DNA from: Fimbriosthenelais zetlandica
Taxonomy: Eukaryota
Direction: 5' to 3'
DNA length: 64,000 nucleotides
Assembly: GCA_977030845.1 (NCBI GenBank)
Contig: OZ365116.1
Coordinates: 20,274,001 to 20,338,000, forward strand
Shown: one piece after another, positions 26,701-39,400 of the stretch
Layout: each line of letters begins with the position of its first letter
Position numbering within the stretch: the stretch's first letter is position 1
The notes under the pieces: model-generated
Told to the model about the DNA's origin: nothing
Seen by the model: only the letters and a program-made list of their open reading frames with translations
Databases searched by the model: none
Program-made: the position numbers and the translations under genes

Positions 26701-29280
26701 GTACAGGAAGAAAGAAGACGGAGTAGCACAGGTTGTTTCATGTTTCATTTTTCAAGTGCTTCAAACTCTCTACAAAACAAAACGCTGGCATTCATCTGAA
26801 TATACAGAGATATACTCCTACAATGTATGGTCTATCTCCCTTCATATAAGCCCCGGAGATAGTGTACAGTGCAACCTTTATATTCACAAAATAAGATAGG
26901 TGGGCTAGAAAAAAGTACAAGGTCTCCAGGACCTTATATATAACTATTTCATTAAGACTAATACTTGCTGCCATGGCCAATAAGTCGAGGGATGCATTAA
27001 AAGTTGGCTAACCTACTTCATTTTCCTGAAAGCTGGGATCCTGGATTTTGTCAGGAGATAATAAGATAAACAGAAATGGCTAGGGATAAGAAAAAGCGCA
27101 TGTTCATGAAGTCCAATTCCAGCTCGAAGCATTTACAATATTGGTAATAGGCTGGGAATTGAATTGTGCAGCAGGCTCGTATATGAAGGTTTTAAGCTTA
27201 ATATACTGGTTCCATTACACCTCCTGCCCTCCCAGCTAAAGCACTAATGTGTGGGTCTGCTCCTAGGTTAAAAGAGTATATAAACTGGTGGCAAAAGCTA
27301 GCCAGGGATGCTACACAATGAGAGGTGGGGAGAATATACTGACAACTATGTCCAACAGTCCTCCAAATTATTCGCAACCCTTTGTCAAATATGAACAAAG
27401 GTATAATTTAGGAAGTATTTTGCAGTGAAACACAAAAAAAATTAAATAATTATTGCGAATATAGGTCAAAGCTCAGATTCTGAGCAATAAATCTTGATTC
27501 GTTGTGTTTTGAAGCCAGCATCACCAGGTGTTCTCAGTCAGTCACACCTCCATTTCCCTACTTGTCACTTCTTTCACGCTTCCAATATCAATGGTTAATA
27601 CCACACTTGATGCCTGACAGACCCTGCTAGAGCTGCTCTCTGAACTGAGAGGAAGTGAGCAGGAGGATGAGGGGAAGTAGGCAGAGAGGACGAGCGAAGA
27701 CGGATGGGAACCAGGGGTGAGTATCATCAACAAAATGACATAATGCTGCACCTCATATTGCTGCTATAGTCTTCTAATGAATCCTTCCCCCATCCAGAAC
27801 TTCTTTATGCAAACTAAATATCCTATTATGTGGGAAATTAATTTATGATAACATACGAAAATTATACGGAATAACAGTCGCTATATAGGACTTATTTAGG
27901 TAATAAAATAATCTGGAATGCACACTGATTTTTGAATCCAGCCCTGGGATTGAGTGTGCCTGATACAGACATGCTTTGATGGAGGCCAGGTTAAAGGTGA
28001 AGGCTGACATGTAGTCATCCTTACTCATTCATCACGGCGCCGCTTTGATCCCTCTACACTATACCTCCTACAACCCAGCCTCTTCCTCCTATTTCTCTCA
28101 CTCCTTGCCCACTAATAGGGCGTTTACCAGGGGACATATTTATAGAATCACAGTACTTATGACTTGGGGTACTGGTCAAATGAGTCTCATAATATAACCT
28201 GGAGCCCTTGGTGAAGTATTTACTCCACTCCCCTGGCAGAAAAAAGGACGGGTCCTCCCTTGGTAACTCCAGTCTGAGTCACTCTCACTGGCCCTGTAAC
28301 ATATGAGCCAGTCCTACTGGTATCAAAGTGGGAGGGTTCACCAATGTCACCAGCACCCCTCACATCAAAGCCAGGGCTACTACACTCCCTGCCCCAGCTG
28401 TCCTCTGTCACTATTCACATTCACCAGTACCTCCTTCCCCTTCCCCTCCACATTCACCCCAACCAATCCCTGGAGACATCTAAGGTCTTACGCTATAGTT
28501 AATTTCCCTGATGTACTAACTGTACTTTCAAGACTTTGCTCTTGTCACAGACTTTATCTTAATAGAAGACCAACAAATCACACTTTGGTCAGATTGATAC
28601 AAAAATGTCTGTAAATGTGACTGACAATGTGACTGCCCATTTTAGGGAGGTGACAAACGGGGGGATGGCTCCCAAACATTCATGAGATGGGAGGAACTTT
28701 CGGGCAGGGAATGGGAGATTTGATCTACAAAAGAAAGCATGGGTAGCACATACTTAATGGAGTTCAGCGTCATGTGTAAAATTTTACAATGAAACGTTTT
28801 CAGGATCATGAGTCCAGACTTGATGATACACTTGAAAGATTGGAGACCTAATCGGTAGGACATCCATGCAAAGTGAGAAAATTTTAAGGCTGAGTTATTT
28901 GGTGAGAGGATCTCTAGACAGCTGCATCACAGTGGAGGGATTTTAATCGAGTGCTCCTTGTTAGGATGTGTCAGTGACTGAAGAGGAAAACCTCCACTTC
29001 CCCACCTAATCGTGTGGGAACAACAGTCCTCATCCAAGCTTCAATTGATTCCCTTCCTAAACTTGTCAGCGCCCGATCCTGCCCATCGCCAGCTCATCAC
29101 AGGATGCCTTGATATTGTTCCCCAACTTTTTCTCGCTTTATTTCTCTTTTTCACCAGCCAGAACTCTTTTGACAAAACCACCCTGTAGTAATTGGAGCCT
29201 CTCGGAGGTGGCAGTGGTAATTGATGCTCTGTTTGGGGTTTTTAGGCCAAGGTTGGCACTTTCAAAGCCAGCAGACGACA

Positions 29281-29430
29281 CACACGTGTGTCCCTAACCC
29301 ATTGGCTGTGCAGTTGTCGTCTGCATCCTGTCACGTGCCTTATGACGTCATGAGCGGCAGACGTCAGGCATATGACGTGACGCGCGTGTGGCAGAGCGTT
29401 GCTGTGTTGTGACGCGCGTCGACGCGTGGT
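29281..29430. promoter_or_regulatory. CpG-dense CRE/E-box cluster in intron 1
   Basis: CACGTG x2, ATTGG, TGACGTCA, GACGTCA, TGACGTGA and GACGCGCGTC within 150 bp. Confidence 0.5.
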
Positions 29431-32400
29431 GGGCTTAGTTATTTATTCACGGCCACCGTGGAAGCTCCTTTCATCACTGATCAATACATAAGTCGAACAA
29501 ATAAACGGGTCTGGTTTTATTTCAGAGATGAGGGAATGGGAGGAGGGGACGCTCAGGAGGAGGTCGAGGTGAGGTCCATGGGGGTCTAACCACACTCCAC
29601 ATCATCCATGTTGGTGGCCTTGTGTGACCTCAATGAAAACGACCTACAGCTATTATTAAAACCATCGAGAAACTCTTGCCAGTATTTGATAGATTTTAAA
29701 GCATTTGAATATGATTGAGGCATCTTGGATTTATACCTGTTTACAATGACAAATCATGCTAAATCAACAAGGGTCCAAAAACTGTATTCAATTCCCAAGG
29801 CTATTCATAATTGACTACAAGCATCAATGGGAAAATAATTCACCATCTAGACTTTTAAAGCAGTCATTCAATAACATTAAAGTATTGTTATGACATGGGA
29901 TCAAATCAGCAAAAAAATCCATGGATTCACCTTCACCCCAAAAAGGTTCATGAATTTTTAAAATGTCCATGCCATGATGTTCCTGCCATTCATCTTGTCA
30001 TGCCATGCCTCACTACCCACTTTTCAAGCCATTTGAAGCCTGCGTGACTCAGAATTGACTTTTTCTTAATCAACAGAGAAAAAAAGAGACGCAACGTTTT
30101 GATTATAAATACTTCAAACTGAAAGAGGGGCCTTGTGGAGAGACTCAAACCTGTAGGTCGATACTTTAGTTTCATATGAGTCAATTGGAGGGAATTTTTA
30201 AGTTATTCTTCGCCTCTAAGAGATTGTTACGCGTGCCATGGAGAATAAAGCAGGCAGTAGTAGAGATTGTATGTGGAGGGCTCCGGGCACCTACTCCGGC
30301 CTGTCTATGTACATACAGGTGATGATGGGTGTAAGAGGAATGTGATGCACTCATCAGTGACTAAAACCTGCCCCAAGCCCAGCTGAAAGCCAACCGACAA
30401 CGTTACAATATAGTGCCAGCTGAAGGCTCAATACTTATACAAGCGGGGTGCATGAATGAATGAAAAGTACCTCCTAATCTACCTACAATATTTATATTGA
30501 ACGCGTTAAGATGGCCTTGGCATGCCTGTTAATCATTCACAGCAGGGGGCACATAATTATTACGATAGGAACATTACGTAAAATGTGTACATCCCCTCCT
30601 AAAGTAATAAACAATGAGAACTCCCATAGATGGGAAACTAACACGTGCGCCAGGAAGAGAAAATCCTCAGCCCAGATATGCCAGCAAGCCTCGTAAGAAA
30701 TTAGCCTCAGTCACCCACTGTAAATGAATGTTTTTATCCCATTAAACGTTATCTAAGCTCCATGAAGGACCTGTAGAAACTAGCTGTATATCATCCTTAG
30801 AGTAAATGACTAACATGGCTTTGTATCAGCAAAAGTGGAGATGATTTCAGCATTGTGAGGAAAGAATTTCTCCATTCATAGGTCCATTAGGAAGATAAAT
30901 TCTCGATATACAATTTTGAACCTATAGTAACTGTGAACCACAGCATTTGAAATGCCATATGAATCATAAGTTGGTTCAGAATATGTATGTATACAAGTAC
31001 ATCAGATTGCTTCTTAAGGACATGTCAGACTCGTTAGTTTGGTGGTTGGTACACGTACATGATTGAAGATGGATGGTATAGTATGTACATGAACACTGTT
31101 ATCTGAGGGAGAAGTATGGCTGCTATCATATGGTGGAAGGAGATATGACAACAAGCGTGTAGTATAGGAGTGAGACAGCTGATCAAACACTTCCTCTCCC
31201 CTCCACCATCTCCTCTCACAGTCTTATCTCACGAGACCAGATATCCCGGCACATTGTTAACATGTACGATACATGTACACATCTCTATGTGAAATCTCCG
31301 AGAAACAAATTCCATCACAACGTGAGAAAAAGACCAGGCAACCATATAAAACAGATAAATACAGTAATACATCCGCAAGGCCTCTGCAACTATTCTTGTA
31401 ACTAATTTTCAGTAGAGAGAATAATGTAGAGAGATTAGAATTTAACGTGACGTTTCTTTCAGGGCTAGTTAGAGGTACAAGTCTATACTCTATGCCAACA
31501 TGTTTTCAATGTAACACATCAAAGGCTTCCAGCACTGAGCCAGTCTAAACATAAGGTGGGTGTGAGTATAGGCGGGCACGAGTGGGCCATGTTTGGCCTC
31601 CGTTCCCATTGATTTCCTTTCTTAAATGTGACGCGCCTGCGCACACGCTCCTGTCACATGACATCCGGACTGAGCACGGCATGACGGGAGATCACATGTT
31701 ATTCCACCTCAATCTGCTCCTCATTAGCTGGCAACTTTTTAAACTGACATTGATGAATATGCTAAAAATTAAAGCGAGATCTCTCCACTGGGGGTTTCTC
31801 ATCTAGTTCTAGGCATATTTCCATTTCGATTAATGTAGAAATACAACTTGATATGGGAGTTTTTATGCGTGCTTTACTGAGGAGTTTCTTATTTTGAATA
31901 TGACTTATTTTCATATTTCTATGCACCAACCATGTTCATGTGAACCTACCGCAGTATTCACTCATGCTTAAGAGGAACACACACACATACACCATATGCC
32001 TGAATGTTTCAGCCATTAGTAAGTGCACCCTGCTGGGCTGGAAGGAAAACAATCTTTTAAGATCAAAGCGTTGAGAACACCAGGCACGCTAACTGCAAAT
32101 CGATCTGCTTATTACTCTATGTTTCAACCACAGTCTCAGGATGAAGGTTCGTGCAATCATTCTTACCACTACAGACTCACAGACATGATGGAATAGCTTC
32201 AAGCCACCAAAAATCAATACTCTGTGATCGACGTTTTAGAGACTGTAAAAAGAAATAGGAGCTAAAAAATACTGTCCTAAATCTTCATAAACCATGCTTC
32301 TGAGCATCCTAATTTAGAGCAGCCAGGAAGCACTCATTTGGTTTTGATTATAGACCATGTTTAATGGTCGGCATGGCGTGGCCAGGTTCAGGCCCAATTT

Positions 32401-33442
32401 TTCTTGGAGGTTCAAGTTTCTATTGGAAGCACGTGTTGAACGTGTGACCAGGGCCAAGAACACAGGGACTAGTCATTTGGCTTGCCATAACATACTTATC
32501 TTGTGTACACCCAGAAAAGTAAACTCCCCCACTACTAGAGAAATCTATATTTTAAGCGTGTATAAAATGTAGTCAAACTAGTGAAACACAAATTGGGAGG
32601 ACCTACATGGACTGTATAAGAGGATCAAGCACTAATAATCAATGTAATGTATTCGGCTGTTCCGTAGGAAAATCCTTACAGCTTTTAAGCATTCGCATAC
32701 ATTTCCATATTCCTCCACTTCCCTTTTATGCACATACTTGGTAAGTCCATACAATCGAAGAAATATTCTTCCCATTTGAGCTCTTTTCCCCGCAATTGCT
32801 TAAATCATGAGCAGAACTTTCTGCCGTGCTCCTGTTTGTAATTCAGCTGGTGGCATGGAAATCGGGGCAGACCTCAAGGATACTCTATTTAGTAACTCTA
32901 CTATCCTTGCAGACCTCCTGAATATGTCCGTCTATGACCACCATAAAGGGTTCTATAAGCCTTGAGGGAGTCTTTATTTTTCCACAGTGACATTAACAAT
33001 TCATGAAATACTCCAGACATAGCCAAGTAACAGTCACTAGGCCCTTGACCCCCGATCCTCAAGCCCCATCACACATGTAGGGTTCTCGGGCATTTTGTGA
33101 GAGCGCTATTAAAGGTACAGACCTTTACAATGTTTTCCCCAGGTTTTAGAGAATGGCTCTCAGTGGATCAAATCACAACCATCAGGTTGAATGGTGAGGG
33201 ATCCTAACTTTGACAACCCTCAGTTGACCCTCCCTGAAAATGCGTTCTGAAAACAAACAAAAACACAGATGGTGTTCCAATGGCTCACTTTTCGAAACCA
33301 CAAAACATGCAGAACTTTGCACGCTTTCAGGAACCAAAAACTCAGAACCACCGTTGGGCTTTAAAGGAAAAAGAAAACCGGTCCCTAAATGAAATTACTG
33401 GTAAATGTATTCGCTTTTGCCCTTCGAACCCGAGCGAGATAT

Positions 33443-33470
33443 CGCCCCCTGGTGGTGACTGAATTTGCAT
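33443..33470 (-). promoter_or_regulatory. CTCF-consensus motif next to an octamer motif
   Basis: Minus strand CCACCAGGGGGCG at 33455-33443; ATTTGCAT at 33463-33470. Confidence 0.5.
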
Positions 33471-36400
33471 ATGGCAGGGCAGTGAGGGGTAACATAAAAC
33501 AGATTCCTGAGAGTGTAATTCAATTAGAAGTAGAAGAGACCCACAAGCATATTGCCCAACTCTGGATCACTTAGTAACCACCAAAAGAGTCTATGGGTCT
33601 TCCTCGATTCGTGACTAAATTTAGTTTAAAAAAAATATTATCCGTTCCCTTTCATTGAAGGTCTTTCCATAGAGAGGAGAGGTTTTGTCTTAGAGGCTTT
33701 ATATTGCATGAAGATACATCAGAGTGAGATCTGACATGTTCCAGACCAGGCCTTTATGTCGGATCCAGGCTCCGTGGCAGCTGTTTCCTCCCTGCCACTC
33801 TTCCACATATATACCCTGCGCCAAGGCCTTCACTACTGGCACATCAAAAGCTACAAACCAAACCTAATGAACTTTCTTCTTGAATCTAATGGGTCACAGA
33901 GTATATTTCCATCCTCTCACCCACCCATCCACCCACCACCACCACTTTCCTCTTCTCAACCCTTCTACATAAATCACTCAACGAACCCCACAAAGTAAAG
34001 CCTTCAACTAAGAACTATCTATAGACTTACAATTAGGTTTCACTGTCAGCAGTTTTTAAACAGTCTTCTTAAAATCTGTGGCACGTTCATTACAGATTAA
34101 AACATTATTGTACAGCTTAAATATCGAGATCCAAAACGATGCACCTTTAGTCAATTCACGTTATATGGAGTGCCAGTAAAAGGTATGGTTATAAAAGAGC
34201 TGCCATGGGGAGATAAATGACTACAATCAGCGAGTCATACCCATACATCTCTGTCATATGGTATATATATAGTTATATGTCATACATATTCATCACCGTG
34301 TCTAACATACGTGCCTGGAGTGTAAACAGGACAGGTGAGTGTCCAGTCATGGATTATAAGTTGGGTATATATTATATTCATCATGTACAGCTTGTTGACC
34401 AGTCCTCCTGTACACCACTCTCATACACCCACCACAAACATCTAACCTCATTCACCAAAACTTATCCTCAATGCCCTCTTTCAAAAATTCTCCTACGTCT
34501 TAATTCTTTCCAATATTTTTTCAATTTTAGTTTTAAACTACGTCAATTCATCGCATTCTCCACAAGAGAGTACCTGTATACTCAAATTATATTCTACCCT
34601 ACCGACGAAAGCAATTTATTTTATTTTAATCTTTTTTCTCACTTTTCTTCCGTTTCCTCAGCCACCTTCCCTTCACACAAAATAATGACCCTCTCCATCA
34701 CCTGGAAGAGCCAGAGCGCCCAGAGAGAGCATGGCGCCCCCCGCCTCTCAATAGCCACTAACTGCTAATTAAGACCCACAAGATGAGAGGGTTTTTACCC
34801 ACCAAATTAGGACCCTCCTGCTGACCCATGTTTTGGACAGAACAAAAAGCCCTTCTGGGAAATTTTTGTGTGAAGGTACTGGCCACTGCCAACCCATTTC
34901 TTTTCAAACAATTAAATTTCCACGCATTCAGTCATGGGCAGTTTATAAGGGAGTCTTTCTTCAAAAAAGAAACTTTTATAATTAAAAGTTTTATACAGTC
35001 ATGTCTGTATAGACTCCATACTAACTGGTGAAGCTAAAAATAAGTGGCTATAAATATGCAAGAAATAATGGTACGTATTGGTCAGGGGTCTAAGAGGTGA
35101 GCGGTGAGGTCCTGTCATTACTGTCCACTTATCTTACTGGACGTTAGTGGTCATCCGCCTCATTATCTCATACACCTGAACTGACCACTACACCGAGCCA
35201 TCGACCCACCAGAAAATAACTCTGCTTCCTCTTACATGCTTTTGCTTTTTGTTGGTGCGGTTGACTTCTTATTATTTGACTTTTCTATGGCCAGAAATGC
35301 CACATGTAGTCAATGACCTACAGCAGTGTGCTGAATGTTCGAAAATATATTTCTATTCAGCAGTATTCTTTCCTATATTTTATATATTAGAAGGAAGTTC
35401 AGATAAATATCCATTGATGTCAAAGACATCAAAATTATAATTATGATTTACAAAGTATTGGCAAGATTAAATCTCACAAGAGACAATAATTGTTAGGAAG
35501 ATGAGTTGAACCTATTTTCCACTGTATTGTTGGGCATTTCAGAGACTATCCCCAATAGGAAACTAAACCAAACACTTTCATTTTTGTTGAAGGGCTTCAT
35601 TGAGATAACAGGTCTGATTCAGCAATGGGCAACAACAAAGCAGGTGGAACCCCCCGCAGAGAACTAGAAAACAGGGCCCAATAATATCACAGTGGGGGGA
35701 ACAATGGCAAGGGACAGTGTGCGCCATAATTACAGATGACAATTGTAATAAAAAGTTGGAAATCAAAGCTGCGAATGATACCAATCTATAGTAAGAGCAC
35801 CTGGCAGGCACGTAGCGCGGTCCCAGGCTGGCCCTGCTTAATTAATGGCCCTAAGGGCCGGAGGGCATTTTATGGTGACACATATGTTGACAGGGGCCAT
35901 TGCCATTCAGCCCCCTTTCCTCATTCCCCATTCAAGTTTCTCCATTTGATCCTGCAGTGGTTTCCCCAAGGACCATAGGGTAGCGAGGCACCACTTGCAG
36001 TGGACATTATTTGCTGACTGTAGCCTCGGGTATTGTTCATTACGTAACAAAGGATTCACTTCTATCACTGCCGCCTACAAGGGTCCATCCCTTTTCCTTT
36101 GCTTTCAGTCTCTCTCTCAGTCGCCAGTGAAATAGATACTCTTCTACACTGGTTATATAACCCTGGTCATTAAAAGTAATGATCTAATTAAAGTAAGCTA
36201 TTCAAGGGTAGAAGAAACTCAATCTGATAAAGCACAGGGACTTCTGGTCGTTTCATCAGACCAAAAACACAATTTTCACAGTTCTTTGATCGTTTATTGG
36301 GAGTGTGAACACCCCCAGCCTCCTCTATTATTACATACACCCACGATGAACACTTCTGATAAAATTGAGGACATTTTTTGTGATGCATTATTCCAGGATA

Positions 36401-39400
36401 GTGATGAGAGGAGAGTGGTGTCCGGCCCGGGGCACCCTCACACATCTCTCCCTCCACTTGTAATTGCTCCCCTCCCCCAAGCAATGGCACACAAAGTCCC
36501 ACATTACTGCCTTGTTCACCCACGCCCTGGGCGCCCACAAATATTGGCTTTCACAGCATATTGCTTATTCATGGAAAGGAAAAAACTCTCCAACAATTCA
36601 ACCACAACTTCCACAACAACACTTTTAGCCAGTGTGTCCCTGTTTGGTAGTGACTTCAGGCTGCAGTTTCTTAAAATAAACACTTTTGAAATAAAAATTC
36701 ACCAAATGTCAATTTATATGAATTGTGAACTCATTTTTAGAGGATTTCTATGCTCTTTTCTGTGCAAATGAAATTCATTGTAATATATTTGCTCCCCCTA
36801 GGCTAGAGAGTGAGGTGATGAAGTGGAGAATTGCAGCCTGGCTTCTTTTTTCTGGCCTGAAGATTTTTGATGAGTGTTTAATTTGTCCAATCTCATCTAA
36901 TCTCGCCTAATCTCTCACCTCATTAAACTCTCCACTCGTTATTAATTCAAGACGTTTACACTGCAAACCCTGCCCAACATCCATTCATCAAGAAAGCGGG
37001 TCAACACAACGCCTTTGCTGGTAATAATCAATGACCGTAAAGAAATCCACCATCATATTAGCATGGTAACATGCTTTGTCATGATGAAATATAATATTAT
37101 TCACTCTTCAAAATATCATGTCAATTTTATAGTTATTTAAACCCTCTACAATGACTACAATTAACTTACTGGATAAAATGAAGGATAGTCGTATAAATAA
37201 ATTGAAGGGTGAAATGAAAACTTAAGTAGGCTATACAAAAGTCTAAAGGTCTTAGAGTACGTATAGGCCTTGTCCATGAGACTCAAGGGCAAAGGTTCGT
37301 AAGGGCAAAGAAAAGGAGACTATAAGTGGAGTCCATAAATGCTAGAGGCATGCATGAAATGTATGAAGAGTCAGACTCCAAACCATTAGTGAAACATTAA
37401 AGTTTTCTAAAACTCATATAAATGAGTGAGTTCAGAGTATATGAGAGTTGAGGTAAATCTAGATCGTAGAAGCCATCATTCCAGAATGTTAGTAGAGGGT
37501 TCTTACTGACATGAGTGTGATGCTTGTAATTATGTCACTAGCAGAAAAGTTGATTGCATGAATGAATATGGCAGATATAGATCTAAACTTTCCACTAGGG
37601 AGCTTAATACAACTCTTCAAGAGGGCCCCACCCGCTTTCCACCCTCCAAGGAGGTGCCCTTTAAATATAAAGGAATACAAGAGTTTTGAATTCCCAGCTG
37701 ACATAGAGAAAAATATCCCCGAATAAGAGATGAGAATCTAATAACTTAAAGAGCCTAGAGCTAATCTATAACAAGGCCTTATATAACGCAGATGTAATGT
37801 AATGGGTGAGCTGCGCTAGAGGCTATGTATTAAACAATCCATTTATATGTATGATACATTACATATAAGTCAATGATGTTCAACAATAGGCGAGCATAAA
37901 ATAGATACACTCTTTCACTGACAACAATACCCATCCTAAGCTGTAAAGACAGCTGGTTTGGCCTTCATATCATATTCATATATCAGTTCATTTTTGTCTG
38001 TGCATTTAGAATGAAACACAGAGGAGGAATACTGAGGGACAAATGGATACTGACTCTTACATCATTATTCATATGAATGTCTTTGCGTTTATTCTAAGGG
38101 GAGATTCAAAAAGACTTTGAGGAATCTGTATAGCTGTGGCTTTATCATCTCAACAGGGATGTTTATGTTATGAGAGATGAGATGACAAACTGCCATTTCC
38201 TGCCTAATGCAGCGTCCTTCTGGCAGGAATGAAGGAGTGAGGGTGTGTGGTTGGGGGTGGGGGCAGAAGCCAAATCAGAAGCAGGAAGTCTGAGGCAGAA
38301 GCAACAATCTTTGGTACATGACATTTGATTGTTCCAAATAACCAAAAACTCTACCTCTATAAGGCTTTTTCTCAACATTAGGAGGGGTATAGATACCCTT
38401 GTCTGTTAGGTTCCTTCTCTCTCTCTTCGACATAAACAAAACTAGGTTTGGATTTCAGGCAACGGTGGACAAAGTGGACTTTTTTGGCAGGGAGCAACAT
38501 GATTCCAGACCAAAGGGTAAACTAAGTCGAGAACTAAAGGCCAGCATAGCATGAAAACGTGTAGTGGAACTCTGCAGACATAACTTGAAGAGATATCACT
38601 CACCATTGAGAGAAAGGTCAGTTCTCTCTGACTGGCAAGATTCTATATTTGCACTGATAAATACCTGATAACTGTAATAAAGCAAGTGCACGAGTGTCCC
38701 CTTTATGAGGTAGACACTGGGACCTGCCTTGAAGGACAGAATCCTCTGTAATATGTATGAGTGACAAATGTTGATGGTTTATATTTCACGTGTTGGGACA
38801 TAATCCACTCCTCTAGGGTGGAGAAAATATATCTCACAGCTTCCGGCTCTCTACAGCAGTCCCACCCCCTGTAAAAGGTGTCAGTCACCTCCACCCCCTC
38901 CTTCTCTCATCCCCGCCCGCCAGGGGAACCACTATCTCCCGTCCATGTGCTGGGATAAAGCATGTAACATTATAGGTCGTTCACACCATGGCGATTAGCC
39001 GACCAGGGCTCTAATCCCTAATATTATATTAATATCCGTTTGCAGAACGAATCTGCCATAACACGCAGGAAAAATATGTATAAAAAGCTGAGGCTGATTG
39101 ATGCAATAGCATTGAAGGAAAGAAGATGGAATGAGGGAAGTTAAGGCTGTGAAGGCTGATTGGCAAAGGCACAATAAATTCAGCCCACATCACGAAGGCA
39201 AATACAGAAATAGACCGAAATGATGCAATTATCACATAATAGAATCCATCTATAACAACATTGGCGAGTTGGGGAACAATTTGTAAGAAAGCAAACTAAT
39301 TTATTTCAGCTCAGGAATCGTGAATCTTTGATTTGGCCGCCACACAATCAGGGTAATTAGCAGATAGCGCCTGTCCTGCATGCAGATCATCAAGTTTTTT

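Noticed and set aside
34217-34768. 183-aa plus-strand ORF
   Set aside because: AT-rich, Tyr/Phe/Ile-biased translation typical of intronic sequence; no recognisable motif or splice framework.
36286-36771. 161-aa ORF whose IFCDALFQDSD resembles EFSDALFHNCD of the LRMP-like exon
   Set aside because: Similarity is limited to about 26 nt (20 identical) and does not extend; consistent with chance.
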